Shown here piece by piece: positions 41,635 through 52,134 of a stretch of DNA of 64,000 nt. The notes under the pieces were generated by a model that was not told the DNA's origin, did no database searches, and saw only the letters and a program-made list of their open reading frames with translations. Within the stretch, counting starts at the first letter, position 1. Each line of letters starts with the position of its first letter. This DNA is from Oceanispirochaeta sp. Lineage in GTDB: Bacteria > Spirochaetota > Spirochaetia > DSM-2461. The translations under genes were made by a program, and so were the position numbers. The stretch is from the NCBI GenBank assembly GCA_963666275.2, contig CAXXOA010000002.1, positions 672,001-736,000 of the forward strand, in the 5' to 3' direction.

Positions 41635-42594
41635 ATGGAGAAAAAAAAGATACTTGTTTCTGTGACCAACTATCCGGAGTTCTGTTCAAAGGGCAAAAAA
41701 ATGCTTGAGGACTTCGGTTGTGAAATCACAGCGACTGAAGAGAGCCGTCCCTACAGCCGTGAAGAGCTCCTGGGAATGATAAAAGATTATGATGCCGCTG
41801 TTGTGGGATGTGATATCTGGAGTGAGGAAATCCTCGCAGCGGCTCCCAGGCTCAAGATTCTGTCCCGATTCGGCATCGGTGTAGATAACATTGACCTGGA
41901 AGCTGCGAAAAAGCATGATATCAGGGTAACCAACTGCCGGGGAATCAACAGCAATTCCGTTGCAGAGCATACAATGATGCTGCTCCTTTCCATGATCCGC
42001 CAGGTGGCTCATCTTGACAGATCAACCCGGGAAGGGGAGTGGGAACGGGCCGTTATTCATGAGATCAACTATTTCAGGATCGGTCTCGTCGGATTCGGCG
42101 GCATCGCCCGCAAGGTTGCGAAAAAACTGCAGCCCTTCGGACCGGAAATATATGCCTATGATGCGTATCCCGATCTGGAAGAAGCTGAAGCGTTAGGCGT
42201 AACGATCTGTGATTTTGATACGCTTCTGGAAAAATGCGATATCCTTTCCCTGCATGTACCGGCTCTCCCGGAAACCAGGCATCTCATTAATTCCGCAACC
42301 ATAGGAAAGATGAAAGACGGTGCCTATCTTATAAATACGGCCAGGGGGTCGATCGTGGATGAAAAAGCCGTTTATGACGCTTTGAATTCCAGGAAGCTCT
42401 CAGGTTACGCCACGGATGTATTTGAAACAGACCCTGTAGATAAGAACAACCCCTTACTGAAACTGAAGAATTTCATATGTACTCCTCATATTGCTGCCGA
42501 GTCATATGAGAATTATGACCTGACGGGAATCGAAACCGCTCAGGCGATTATCGATGCCTTTAGCGGAAAAACCCCGCAGAACTTACTTGTTTAG
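41635..42594 (+). CDS. D-2-hydroxyacid (phosphoglycerate dehydrogenase-like) dehydrogenase
   Basis: RFGIGVDNID, GFGGIA, LINTARG, DVFE.DP, TPHIAA. Confidence 0.9.
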   Translation: MEKKKILVSVTNYPEFCSKGKKMLEDFGCEITATEESRPYSREELLGMIKDYDAAVVGCDIWSEEILAAAPRLKILSRFGIGVDNIDLEAAKKHDIRVTNCRGINSNSVAEHTMMLLLSMIRQVAHLDRSTREGEWERAVIHEINYFRIGLVGFGGIARKVAKKLQPFGPEIYAYDAYPDLEEAEALGVTICDFDTLLEKCDILSLHVPALPETRHLINSATIGKMKDGAYLINTARGSIVDEKAVYDALNSRKLSGYATDVFETDPVDKNNPLLKLKNFICTPHIAAESYENYDLTGIETAQAIIDAFSGKTPQNLLV

Positions 42595-42603
42595 GAGAAC
42601 AAT

Positions 42604-43530
42604 ATGATTTCAAAATCCTTTGCTGATGGGGTCTATCCTGTAATGCTGACTCCCTTTTCTGATGATAATAAAGTGGATTATGCCTCTCTGGCCAAACTGG
42701 TGGACTGGTACCTTGAAAGCGGTGTAGCCGGTCTGTTTGCCAACTGCCAGTCCAGCGAAATGTTTTTTCTCTCTCTGGAAGAGAGGATAGAGCTGGCGGA
42801 GTTTATAATAAAACGCGTCGACTCTAAAGTTCCCGTTGTCGTCTCAGGCCATATTTCAGATTCCCGGGAAGATCAGCTGAAAGAACTGAATGCCATGGCT
42901 GACGCAGGCGCGGATGCTCTGATTCTTATCACCAACCGCCTGGCCGGAGAAAACGAGGGTGATGACGTCTGGTTTGCAAACCTGCAGAAACTCCTTGAAG
43001 GAATCCCTTCTGACATGCCTCTGGGGTTTTATGAATGTCCCTATCCCTATAAAAGACTCATCTCTGATGAGAGCCTCAAATGGTGTGCCGAATCGGGAAG
43101 GTTCTTTTTTATGAAAGATACCTGCTGTGATATTGAAACGATTGAGAGACGCTTGAAGATTGTGAAGGGTTCTCCCATGAAGCTTTTCAACGCCAATACC
43201 TCAACGCTTCTTGAAACTCTGAAGTCCGGTGCCAACGGGTTCAGCGGGGTAATGGCGAATTTTCATCCCGAGCTCTATACATGGCTGAACCGGGAGTATG
43301 AAAAGCAGCCCGAACTGGCGGAAAAAGTTTCCGACTTTCTGACCATCGCTTCGATGATAGAACGGCAGGTTTATCCTGTAAACGCCAAGTATTATCAGAA
43401 AATCATAGGGAACTTCTCTTCCATTCAGACAAGAGTCAAATCTCCCGAGCTTCTGAATGAAACCTGTCAGCTGGAGGTGAGAAAGCTGGATAATCTCACC
43501 CGGGAGATAAAATCCCTGCTTTTTAACTGA
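42604..43530 (+). CDS. dihydrodipicolinate synthase-family aldolase/lyase
   Basis: GVYPVMLTPF, ANCQSSE, YECPYP, Schiff-base MKDT. Confidence 0.85.
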   Translation: MISKSFADGVYPVMLTPFSDDNKVDYASLAKLVDWYLESGVAGLFANCQSSEMFFLSLEERIELAEFIIKRVDSKVPVVVSGHISDSREDQLKELNAMADAGADALILITNRLAGENEGDDVWFANLQKLLEGIPSDMPLGFYECPYPYKRLISDESLKWCAESGRFFFMKDTCCDIETIERRLKIVKGSPMKLFNANTSTLLETLKSGANGFSGVMANFHPELYTWLNREYEKQPELAEKVSDFLTIASMIERQVYPVNAKYYQKIIGNFSSIQTRVKSPELLNETCQLEVRKLDNLTREIKSLLFN

Positions 43531-43662
43531 ATAGCCCCGGAGGCTATACCAGTGAATTTCAGATCCGGCGGCATGGGGAGATGCGCCGGTCTGGTCAGGG
43601 TTTTTCAGTCCTGATGATCGTTCCAGTGGTTGAGAATGTAAAAAATAACCCAAGAGGTCTAT

Positions 43663-44391
43663 ATGGTATTAAAAAATAAAATCGCTCTGGTTACCGGTGC
43701 CGGTCGGGGCATCGGTAAGGCCATTGCGATGAAATTCGCAGAAGAAAAGGCAACAGTCGTCCTTTCGGGCAGAAATAAAGAGGTCCTGGAAAATACTCTC
43801 AGAGAGATTGAGAGTCTGGGCGGAGACGCATTTGTTGTCACTGGTGATTTAAGAGATAAAGAACAGGTTCAGTCCATTGTTGATACAGTCATGGAGAAGT
43901 ACGGGAAACTGGACATCCTTGTAAACAATGCGGGAATTTCCAGGGAAATGAAACTCATGGATATGTCCATGGATATCTGGGATGAAATCGTAGAGGTGAA
44001 TTTACGGACAGTTGTGCTTATGACAAAAGCGGTCCTGCCGATTTTCAAGCAGCAGGGCGGAGGGAACATCGTCAATATCGCTTCGGCTGCCGGACTGCGC
44101 GGACTTCCCGGCAGCACCGCCTACGCTTCCTCCAAAGCCGCCGTGATCTGTCTGTCCCAGGCACTGGGAGATGAAATGCGTCCAGACAATATCCGGGTCA
44201 ATGCTATCTGCCCCGGTCCTGTAGATACAGAACTGTTTCAGAAATCGGAACGCCGTCAGTTTATTCTGGATGCCGGAGGGGATCTGTTTCAGCCCGAGGA
44301 TATAGCCAATGGTGCCCTCTATCTGGCTTCAGATCTGTCTAAGGGAATGAGCAGTCAGGTTCTGACCATCCGGGGATTCAACCGCTGGTAG
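43663..44391 (+). CDS. SDR-family oxidoreductase
   Basis: TGAGRGIG, NNAG, YASSK, VNAICPG. Confidence 0.92.
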   Translation: MVLKNKIALVTGAGRGIGKAIAMKFAEEKATVVLSGRNKEVLENTLREIESLGGDAFVVTGDLRDKEQVQSIVDTVMEKYGKLDILVNNAGISREMKLMDMSMDIWDEIVEVNLRTVVLMTKAVLPIFKQQGGGNIVNIASAAGLRGLPGSTAYASSKAAVICLSQALGDEMRPDNIRVNAICPGPVDTELFQKSERRQFILDAGGDLFQPEDIANGALYLASDLSKGMSSQVLTIRGFNRW

Positions 44392-44512
44392 GGCGGGATG
44401 ACAGAGCCGGCCGGAGGGATTCCCTCTCCTGAGTGAATCTCCTGGAAACGATTCTGTTTCTTACCGGCTTCCATTCAGCCCCTCTTTCCGGGGGGCCGTT
44501 TTTTTTTCCTGT

Positions 44513-45181
44513 TTACAGAGGATCCTGCTCGACAGGTTTCCATGTCATTGCTTTTACACTATCCGCCACACTCTCATGATTAACGCTTTTTACATCAAAC
44601 CGCAGGATTTTAAAAGTGAACTGCAAAATGAATCCAATGCCGAAGACCGAGATGACTGTCCCTATGCCGACTTTCGCACCAAGAAGCCATCCTATAACAA
44701 GAACCGTACCCTCAATCATTCCCCGGATGGCTCCGATGGGGATACGGGGTATACGTTTTCCAAGGGCTACCATGAGAGCATCCCGGGGACCGCATCCCAG
44801 GGAGGCTCCGATATAGAAATAGCTTCCCAGGCAGATGACAACCTGTCCTGCCAGGATCATGAAAAGACCCGGCAGAAAACCTGTCATCAGGGGAACGATC
44901 TCAGACGACTGAATGACGTCCACAAACTTCCCGATAAGGATGGCATTGAGAATGGTTCCGAATCCGATTTTTTCTCTGAACAGGTAATCTATGAGAATGA
45001 TGGCGAATCCTGAAATGATAACGATATTGCCAAAGGATATATGTGTCTGATAGGAGAAGCCCATACTGAACGCATCCCAGGGGGATAAGCCCACATTAGC
45101 CTGAACGCTTAAAGAGATGCCCAGGGCATAAAGGAAGAGTCCGGATATGAGTCTCAGAATTCTGAGCATGTATGTCGTCAT
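44513..45181 (-). CDS. YczE/YyaS/YitT-family membrane protein
   Basis: ANVGLSPWD, IGFGTILN, LG.GPRDALM, G.KVGIGTV. Confidence 0.85.
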   Translation of the reverse strand: MTTYMLRILRLISGLFLYALGISLSVQANVGLSPWDAFSMGFSYQTHISFGNIVIISGFAIILIDYLFREKIGFGTILNAILIGKFVDVIQSSEIVPLMTGFLPGLFMILAGQVVICLGSYFYIGASLGCGPRDALMVALGKRIPRIPIGAIRGMIEGTVLVIGWLLGAKVGIGTVISVFGIGFILQFTFKILRFDVKSVNHESVADSVKAMTWKPVEQDPL

Positions 45182-45410
45182 TGTTTTCTCTTTTATTTTT
45201 CCTGTTTGAGCTGTATGTCGCTGCCAGTATCAGTTATAGCAGGATCAGGAAAAGGTAAACAGCACCCCGGGCCGATTTCAATGCAATAAGAATAGAGGCA
45301 GAGTTTTCTCTCCGTATCTATGCCATTTTTTTAATCAGAAAATAAAAGTCCGGTTTTTTTCCTGTGGTGGAGGGGAGGTCAGGGAAAACATACCATTGAG
45401 AAGCATCTCT

Positions 45411-45451
45411 CTGTTTCTGTATCAAACAGGTTTCCGTAGAGAGCAGCGGAT
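45411..45451. repeat. 41-bp direct repeat, copy A
   Basis: CTGTTTCTGTATCAAACAGGTTTCCGtaGaGAGCAGCGGAT; 38/41 identical to 48062-48102. Confidence 0.8.
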
Positions 45452-45646
45452 ATTCACAAAAATAATACACTGGTCGTGTGCCAGATAAATCATGCAGGCA
45501 GTTCCGACAATCCTGAAAGATTCAGAATGGGCTGGAAAGAATATGAGCTGAATCCCCTGGCTGTTTCAGAAAACTGATGATAGGGTAATATACACATAGG
45601 ATGTATGCTTTATGCACCGAATCTGAAATGAAGGAAGGCAGGAAGG

Positions 45647-46702
45647 GTGAAACGCTGGACAACAGAAGAGATCGAGGCCTGGTACGCCGCACAACCCTGG
45701 CTGGTAGGCTGCAACTACATACCCTCCACAGCGGTCAATCAACTGGAAATGTGGCAGGCTGAAACCTTCGATCCCGAGACTATCCGGCGGGAGCTGGGAT
45801 GGGCGGCGGATCTGGGAATGAACGCCCTGAGGGTGTACCTCCACGACCTGGTCTGGCTGGAGGACCCGGAAGGATTCAAAGAGCGGATACGCCTGTTTCT
45901 GGAAATCGCCGACGGGGCGGGAATGAAAACTCTCTTTGTCCTCTTTGACGACTGCTGGTTTCCGAATCCCCGTACAGGGAAGCAGGATCCTCCGGTCCCC
46001 GGATATCATAATTCCCGGTGGGCCAGTTCTCCCGGCCCCGCCGCTGCCCGGGATCCCGAACAGCAGGAGCGCCTGGAAACCTATGTGAAGGATATCGTGG
46101 GCTGCTTCGCCCGGGATGAAAGGATACTTCTCTGGGACGTTTATAACGAACTGGGCAACATTTTCCTGCCCACACTGGCCAAACCCTGGTTTATCCGTAT
46201 TCCCAGGCTTCTGTTTTTGTATCCCCGCTTTAAGATGGGGTACATACCCACGCTGGGGCTTTTCAGGAAGGCTGTCCGCTGGGTAAGGGAGGCCGGACCT
46301 TCCCAGCCGCTGACGGCGGCAGTATATATCCGTCATGGGAAACTGAACCGCCTTCTGATCGAATCCTCGGATATCCTTTCATTTCATAACTATGAGAATG
46401 TCAAATCCCTGGAGCGGCAGATCCGGAAACTGAAGAAAGCGGGAAGGCCCCTGCTCTGTACCGAATATCTGAACCGCTGCGGCAAAAGCCGCTTTGGTAC
46501 TTTCCTTCCTGTTTTCAGGCGGGAGAAGATAGGCTGTTTCAACTGGGGACTGGTGGACGGCAAAACTCAGACAAAATATTCCTGGCAGCATCCCCGTCCC
46601 GACGGTTCGGAGCCGCCCCTCTGGTTTCATGATATCTTCCATAGTAACGGAACACCTTATGATCCGGCAGAAATCGAGTTCTTTGAAAATCAGTGCAAAT
46701 AG
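45647..46702 (+). CDS. clan GH-A glycoside hydrolase (GH5-like)
   Basis: GCNYIPS.A.NQLEMWQ, RVYLHD, FVLFDDCW, WDVYNE (acid/base), CTEY (nucleophile). Confidence 0.82.
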   Translation: MKRWTTEEIEAWYAAQPWLVGCNYIPSTAVNQLEMWQAETFDPETIRRELGWAADLGMNALRVYLHDLVWLEDPEGFKERIRLFLEIADGAGMKTLFVLFDDCWFPNPRTGKQDPPVPGYHNSRWASSPGPAAARDPEQQERLETYVKDIVGCFARDERILLWDVYNELGNIFLPTLAKPWFIRIPRLLFLYPRFKMGYIPTLGLFRKAVRWVREAGPSQPLTAAVYIRHGKLNRLLIESSDILSFHNYENVKSLERQIRKLKKAGRPLLCTEYLNRCGKSRFGTFLPVFRREKIGCFNWGLVDGKTQTKYSWQHPRPDGSEPPLWFHDIFHSNGTPYDPAEIEFFENQCK

Positions 46703-46884
46703 AAGTCGCAGGTCCTGATTCTCTCCGGAAGTTGTCTTCAATCTCTCCAAAGCTTTAACAAATCTTTGTATTTGATTTACCTTTCCTTTTATATTCTATT
46801 TTAATATAAGGAGATTATGTTTATACAGATGAATTTATAAACACCTGATATTCACAACACCGGGGTGTCTGAGGATTAATATAT

Positions 46885-47994
46885 ATGATTTCAAATGCAC
46901 GGATTGATTTACACATTTTCTGCCTTATGGTTTTAATGGTGATATTCATATACATAAGGAGAAATAAGAAAAAAAGTTTTTCACCCCGGATGCTTAACTG
47001 GGTTATTCTGTTTCTTTCCTTCACCCTGATAACAGAAGCAACAGCATGGAGAACTGAGAGTTTATATAAAAATATTTCCTATTGGTTTTATGTCATTTCG
47101 CTCAGTACCAGCTCGTTTCAAACTGTTTCATGGATCTGCTATTTTGACTATAAGATCTATGGAGACATTCAAGCCCTGAAAAAGAGATTGAAATATTATG
47201 CTGTTGCGCCGGCAGCCATCCTGAGTCTTATGGTTTACAATTTTTTTCGGCCGGGAATTGTTTTTGAAATAGATCAGGCAGGAACCATTGTCTGGGGTTG
47301 GGGATCCTGGCTGCCGCCGGTTATCGTCTATGTATTGATTCTTGCCAGTTTATGGTTCTTTCTGAAGAATAGAAATATGATTGAGGGGCGGCTGACGCAG
47401 ATTCTTCTTGTATTTATTGTTCTCCCGATTTTTGGCTCGATTATTCAACAGTTTACAGAAGATATTCCCGTAAACTGGGCCATGTATACATTGGCATTGC
47501 TTATGACATTCATATCTGTTGAAATGCTGGAGCTGTACAGGGATGAATTGACTAACCTCGCAACAAGAAGACAGTTGGAGAACAGGCTTCAGTTTAAATT
47601 AAAAAACAAGGCGCCTTTTTTTGTCGTTATGATGGATCTGGATAATTTTAAAAGTATCAATGACACGAGAGGTCATTTGGAAGGCGATAGGGTTCTCCAG
47701 GCATTTGCTGATATTCTAATAACAAGCATTAATCCTGAGGATTTTGCATGCCGGGTCGGAGGTGATGAATTCATGCTGATTATTGAATCCCGGGAGGATC
47801 ATGTAATGCATGAGGTTATCCAGAGGATTAATATGAGAGTGGAGGAATTCAAGAAGGAAGAATCCTTTTTTGAACTGGGGGTAAGCATTGGTGTGGAAAA
47901 AGTGGAAACACCGGAATCCTATGATCTGGATGGTCTGCAGCGCTCCATTGACAGCAAAATGTATGAACATAAGAAAATGAAAAAACAAAGATAA
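46885..47994 (+). CDS. membrane-bound diguanylate cyclase
   Basis: About 7 TMs; DLDNFKSINDTRGH; GGDEF; no RxxD. Confidence 0.9.
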   Translation: MISNARIDLHIFCLMVLMVIFIYIRRNKKKSFSPRMLNWVILFLSFTLITEATAWRTESLYKNISYWFYVISLSTSSFQTVSWICYFDYKIYGDIQALKKRLKYYAVAPAAILSLMVYNFFRPGIVFEIDQAGTIVWGWGSWLPPVIVYVLILASLWFFLKNRNMIEGRLTQILLVFIVLPIFGSIIQQFTEDIPVNWAMYTLALLMTFISVEMLELYRDELTNLATRRQLENRLQFKLKNKAPFFVVMMDLDNFKSINDTRGHLEGDRVLQAFADILITSINPEDFACRVGGDEFMLIIESREDHVMHEVIQRINMRVEEFKKEESFFELGVSIGVEKVETPESYDLDGLQRSIDSKMYEHKKMKKQR

Positions 47995-48061
47995 AGTCCT
48001 GAGACTTGCTGTTGAATAAGATAAGGGATTCCCTTAGCATAGTCCTGCAACTTACCTTTTC

Positions 48062-48102
48062 CTGTTTCTGTATCAAACAGGTTTCCGCTGGGAGCAGCGG
48101 AT
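48062..48102. repeat. 41-bp direct repeat, copy B (two hairpins)
   Basis: CTGTTT/AAACAG and TCCGCTG/CAGCGGA stems upstream of 48125. Confidence 0.8.
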
Positions 48103-48124
48103 CTCAGAGCAGGAGGATTTCTCA

Positions 48125-48817
48125 ATGAAAAATGAAAATACCTTTCCCCAGGAGCTGGCTTATGTACTGGGGATCATCATCCTGGCCCTCAGTGCCGCTT
48201 TAATGGCCCGGGCGGACTTCGGTGTCTCCATGGTGATCGCGCCGGCCTATCTCGTCTATCTGAAGCTGTCCGCTGTTTCTCCGTCTTTTACATTCGGTAT
48301 GGCCGAATACGGGCTGCAGGGAATTCTTCTGATTCTGATGGTGCTGTTCCTGAAGCAGTTCAGATTGCGCTATCTCTTTTCCTTTTTCACAGCAGTATTC
48401 TACGGGCTGGTACTCGATTTCTGGATGACATCTGTCGTCCGTCTTGATCAGGCTCTGAACCTGCCGCCATTTCTCTATTTTTTCTCAGGCCTCTTCTTGG
48501 GTGCCCTGGGAGTGGCACTGCTCTTTCAGACCTATATATCCCCTGAGGTGTATGAGCTCTTTGTGATGGAGGTTTCCTCCCGCTTCGGCATAGAGGTCAG
48601 CCGGTTTAAAACCGGGTATGATATTGTCAGCTGTATCCTGGCCATAGGCCTTTCCTTCCTGTTTTTCGGATTTCTGCACTTCGAGGGAGTGAAATGGGGA
48701 ACCGTCATCTGCGCCATGGTCAATGGACCCCTGATAGGTCTTTTCAGCCGCTGGATGAAAAAGCGGCTGAATTTTGTGAGAGTTCTGGAGAAAAAGCAGG
48801 TTCTGGAATCAGTTTAA
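48125..48817 (+). CDS. YczE-like (DUF6198-type) membrane protein
   Basis: ADFGVSM..APAY, K..YD, GVKWGTVICA..NGPLIG. Confidence 0.75.
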   Translation: MKNENTFPQELAYVLGIIILALSAALMARADFGVSMVIAPAYLVYLKLSAVSPSFTFGMAEYGLQGILLILMVLFLKQFRLRYLFSFFTAVFYGLVLDFWMTSVVRLDQALNLPPFLYFFSGLFLGALGVALLFQTYISPEVYELFVMEVSSRFGIEVSRFKTGYDIVSCILAIGLSFLFFGFLHFEGVKWGTVICAMVNGPLIGLFSRWMKKRLNFVRVLEKKQVLESV

Positions 48818-49060
48818 TATGCATGAACCTAATTGCTTTTTTGCTGACGGCAGTTCGACATTTTCTCTGAATATCTATTCTTCGGGAACAAAGACTTCAG
48901 AGGTTTGAAGGATCATTCCCCATTCTTCTCATATGATAACTTGTAAATCTACCTATACCGGAAAAAGAATACAATAAAAAGGATTTTGTTTATTGGTTCA
49001 GAAACTCCCTTCAATTATTCTGTTTTTAGCAAACGGTAAAAGCTACTGTATCAGGAGACT

Positions 49061-50149
49061 ATGATGGAAAGCGTATCTAATGTCTATTACCAGAGAATTG
49101 ATGCTCACACATCAACCGGAGATATCCAGAGAATCACCGGGAAACTTTTAAAATCTCTGGTTGAAAAGGAGAATATCCAGCTTGAACAGAAAATCCCTCT
49201 GAAGGTTCATTTTGGTGAGAGTGGGAATGTCACTTTCCTTAAATCGGACAATTATCACGGGGTGATTGATTTTCTAAAAGAAAGGAATATCGATAGTTCT
49301 TATATTGAAACAAGTGTTCTCTACGGGGGGACTCGGTATAAGAGGGAGCTCCACGAACAGACGGCAAAGAAACACGGTTTCAACGAGCTTCCTTTGATTT
49401 TTGCGGACGGGGATCATGGAGAAGACTATGCCGAAGTGGAGATAAATAAGAAAAATTTCAAAACTTTCAAGGTGGGAAAGGCTTTTCTTGATTATAATCA
49501 GCTTATTGTTCTGGCTCATTTTAAAGGCCATCGGATGGCAGGTTTCGGCGGTGCTATGAAACAACTCTCAATGGGATGTGCTGCCAAAGGAGGTAAAATG
49601 GCCATGCATATGGGAGAAAAACCTCATATAATCAATAGAAAGTGCAAACAGTGTAAGATATGTAAAACAAGGTGTAACGAAAATGCCCTTCATATCGGGG
49701 TGATAAGAGAGAGCCGGGGAGCTGATAGAAAAAGGTCCTGGATCGACAAAGATAAGTGCGTCGGTTGCGGAGCCTGTGTGGCTATCTGTCCCCACCAGGC
49801 CGTTTCGATAATTTCACCGAAAAGCGTGTTGAAATTTCTGGGTATCGGGAATCCTTTTCTTGAAAAACTGGTTGAAGGGGCCTTCGCCGCTCAGAAGGGA
49901 AAAAACAATATCTATATAAACTTTGCCATGAATATCACACAGGGATGTGACTGCGAAGGAAAAAGAATGAAAATTCTTATGGATGATTTCGGTGTATTCA
50001 TTTCGACAGATCCCGTGGCAATCGACCGGGCCTGTTATGATATGACGAAAGAGAGAGGCCGGACATTTAAAGGAATAAAACAATTTGCCTATGCAGAAAA
50101 AATCGGTCTGGGTTCTACAAGATACAGATTGCATGAGATAGGGGCGTGA
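49061..50149 (+). CDS. DUF362-domain Fe-S protein with 4Fe-4S dicluster
   Basis: KVHFGE.GN, HFKGH...GFGGA.KQL.MGCA, CKQCKICKTRC, CVGCGACVAICP, CDC, DPVAID. Confidence 0.88.
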   Translation: MMESVSNVYYQRIDAHTSTGDIQRITGKLLKSLVEKENIQLEQKIPLKVHFGESGNVTFLKSDNYHGVIDFLKERNIDSSYIETSVLYGGTRYKRELHEQTAKKHGFNELPLIFADGDHGEDYAEVEINKKNFKTFKVGKAFLDYNQLIVLAHFKGHRMAGFGGAMKQLSMGCAAKGGKMAMHMGEKPHIINRKCKQCKICKTRCNENALHIGVIRESRGADRKRSWIDKDKCVGCGACVAICPHQAVSIISPKSVLKFLGIGNPFLEKLVEGAFAAQKGKNNIYINFAMNITQGCDCEGKRMKILMDDFGVFISTDPVAIDRACYDMTKERGRTFKGIKQFAYAEKIGLGSTRYRLHEIGA

Positions 50150-50155
50150 TCCCCA

Positions 50156-51070
50156 ATGGATGATTTTCTCCGGATAAGCAGCATAGCTCAGGTATATGAG
50201 GCCTTAGGGCTCTCAAAAGCATATCACCCGCTGGTCTCGGTATTTTCCCATCATGACCTAAAAAGTATGAAGGAATATGTCAATATCCCGATTCACCTGG
50301 ATCTGTATCACATCACCTTCAAGATGTGCTCTGAAGGGGTTATTCAATATGGAAGGAATTCCTATGATTTCCAGGAAGGGACGATGTTATTTACCCGGCC
50401 GGGACAGGTCCTTTCTTTCCGGGAGTGGAGGGAGGAGGATGGTCAAGGAGGGTGGACTCTTTTCTTTCATCCTGATCTGATACGGAAGTCAGATCTTGGA
50501 AATAATATCGATCAGTATAGATTCTTTGATTATGATGTAAATGAAGCGCTTCATCTCTCGGAAGATGAAAAAAAGACCCTTCTAGATATTATCGATAAGA
50601 TCATAAAGGAATACACAGCCAATCTTGACCGGCACAGTCAGAAGCTCATTGTCTCTAACATTGAGCTTCTGCTGGACTATTGTATCAGGTTTTATGACCG
50701 TCAGTTTTATACCCGTACAAATCTCAATTCCGACTTCGTTTCCCGATATGAACGATGGCTGTCAGAATATATGAAGAGCGAAAGTCTAAAAGAGTCCGGT
50801 CTTCCCTCAGTTGCACTTTGCGCTGATCATTTCAACCTTTCGCCAAGTTATTTAAGCGATATGTTAAAAAAGGAGACAGGAAAATCGGCTCAGGAACATA
50901 TCCATTACTACATTATTGACCGTGCAAAAACCATTCTTCTTAATTCGCAACGGACAATAGGAGAAATCGCCTATGAATTGGGATTTGAGTACCCCCAATA
51001 TTTCAGCAGACTTTTTAAGGCGAAAACCGGATTGACTCCGGGCGATTTCAGAGAGATATGTAAAGAGTGA
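50156..51070 (+). CDS. AraC-family regulator
   Basis: YGRNSYDFQEG, FHPDLI, YLSDMLKKETG, LGFEYPQYFSRLFK. Confidence 0.92.
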   Translation: MDDFLRISSIAQVYEALGLSKAYHPLVSVFSHHDLKSMKEYVNIPIHLDLYHITFKMCSEGVIQYGRNSYDFQEGTMLFTRPGQVLSFREWREEDGQGGWTLFFHPDLIRKSDLGNNIDQYRFFDYDVNEALHLSEDEKKTLLDIIDKIIKEYTANLDRHSQKLIVSNIELLLDYCIRFYDRQFYTRTNLNSDFVSRYERWLSEYMKSESLKESGLPSVALCADHFNLSPSYLSDMLKKETGKSAQEHIHYYIIDRAKTILLNSQRTIGEIAYELGFEYPQYFSRLFKAKTGLTPGDFREICKE

Positions 51071-51123
51071 CTTTATAGCATATCATGGAGAGGCCACCTC
51101 TCTCTGCGGATTGTACGATGGAA

Positions 51124-52134
51124 TCACCCTTCAAAATCCTCAAGCAGAGAGATGAACCTTTTTTTATCATTTTCATCCAGCCAGGAGGCTGTGAACGCAT
51201 TTTTCTGCAGAGTAATCAGCTCTGCTTCTGTCAGGGATTCCAGCTCCTGAACGGCTTTCAGGTTTTCCGACATATAGCCGGGAAAATAGGCCGGGTCATC
51301 AGAATTGACAGTGACAAGCATCCCCCTGTCCAGCATGGCTTTTATCTCCGCGGCCTTATGATCGGCTGCCACGTATTTATTGGAAATGGGACAGACAGTC
51401 AGCCCCAGTCCCCGCTTTTTTATCTCTTCCCAGAGGGCATCGTCTTCCAGTGAATTGACCCCGTGATCGATCCTGTCAACGCCGATCTCCTCCAGGCACT
51501 GCCTCAAATGCTCCCGCGTATTCTTCTGATCCACATCGCAGTGCATGGTCAGTTTCAATCCTTCCTTCCGGGCCCGTTCAAAAACTTTTCTGAATTTCAC
51601 AGGAGGATTCTCAAACTCGTTGGAATCCAGTCCCACTCCGATTATCCAGTCTCTGTAGGGCAGAGCCTCCATTAGAGTCGCCATGGCAAACTCGGCGCTC
51701 ATGTCGCGGAGAAAACACATGATAAGCCTGGTTTGGATGCCCAGGGTTTTCTCTGCATCCTCCTGAGCTCTTCTGATGCCTTTTATGACAGTCTCAAAAG
51801 AAACGCCTCTGGATGTGTGGGCCTGAGGATCAAAGAAAATCTCCGCATAGACCACATTCTGGGAGTGGGCTTTCTGCATATAGGCCATGGTGAGATCATA
51901 AAAATCCTCTTCCGTCAGAAGCACGCTCATGCCCTCATAGTAGACAGCAAGAAACGAGGGGAGATCGTCGAAATCATAGGCATCACGCATCTCCTTTTCA
52001 TTGGCGTAGGGGAGTTCCAGTTTGTTCCTTTCGGCCAGGCGGAATTTGAGTCCGGGTTCCAGACTCCCTTCAATGTGCAGATGCAGTTCCGCTTTGGGCA
52101 TTTTATCTATAAAATCGCTTATATTGCTTTTCAT
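51124..52134 (-). CDS. add: adenosine/adenine deaminase
   Basis: PKAELHLHIEGSLEP, EIFFDPQAH, RIDHGV, TVCP.SN, TVNSDDPAYF. Confidence 0.9.
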   Translation of the reverse strand: MKSNISDFIDKMPKAELHLHIEGSLEPGLKFRLAERNKLELPYANEKEMRDAYDFDDLPSFLAVYYEGMSVLLTEEDFYDLTMAYMQKAHSQNVVYAEIFFDPQAHTSRGVSFETVIKGIRRAQEDAEKTLGIQTRLIMCFLRDMSAEFAMATLMEALPYRDWIIGVGLDSNEFENPPVKFRKVFERARKEGLKLTMHCDVDQKNTREHLRQCLEEIGVDRIDHGVNSLEDDALWEEIKKRGLGLTVCPISNKYVAADHKAAEIKAMLDRGMLVTVNSDDPAYFPGYMSENLKAVQELESLTEAELITLQKNAFTASWLDENDKKRFISLLEDFEG

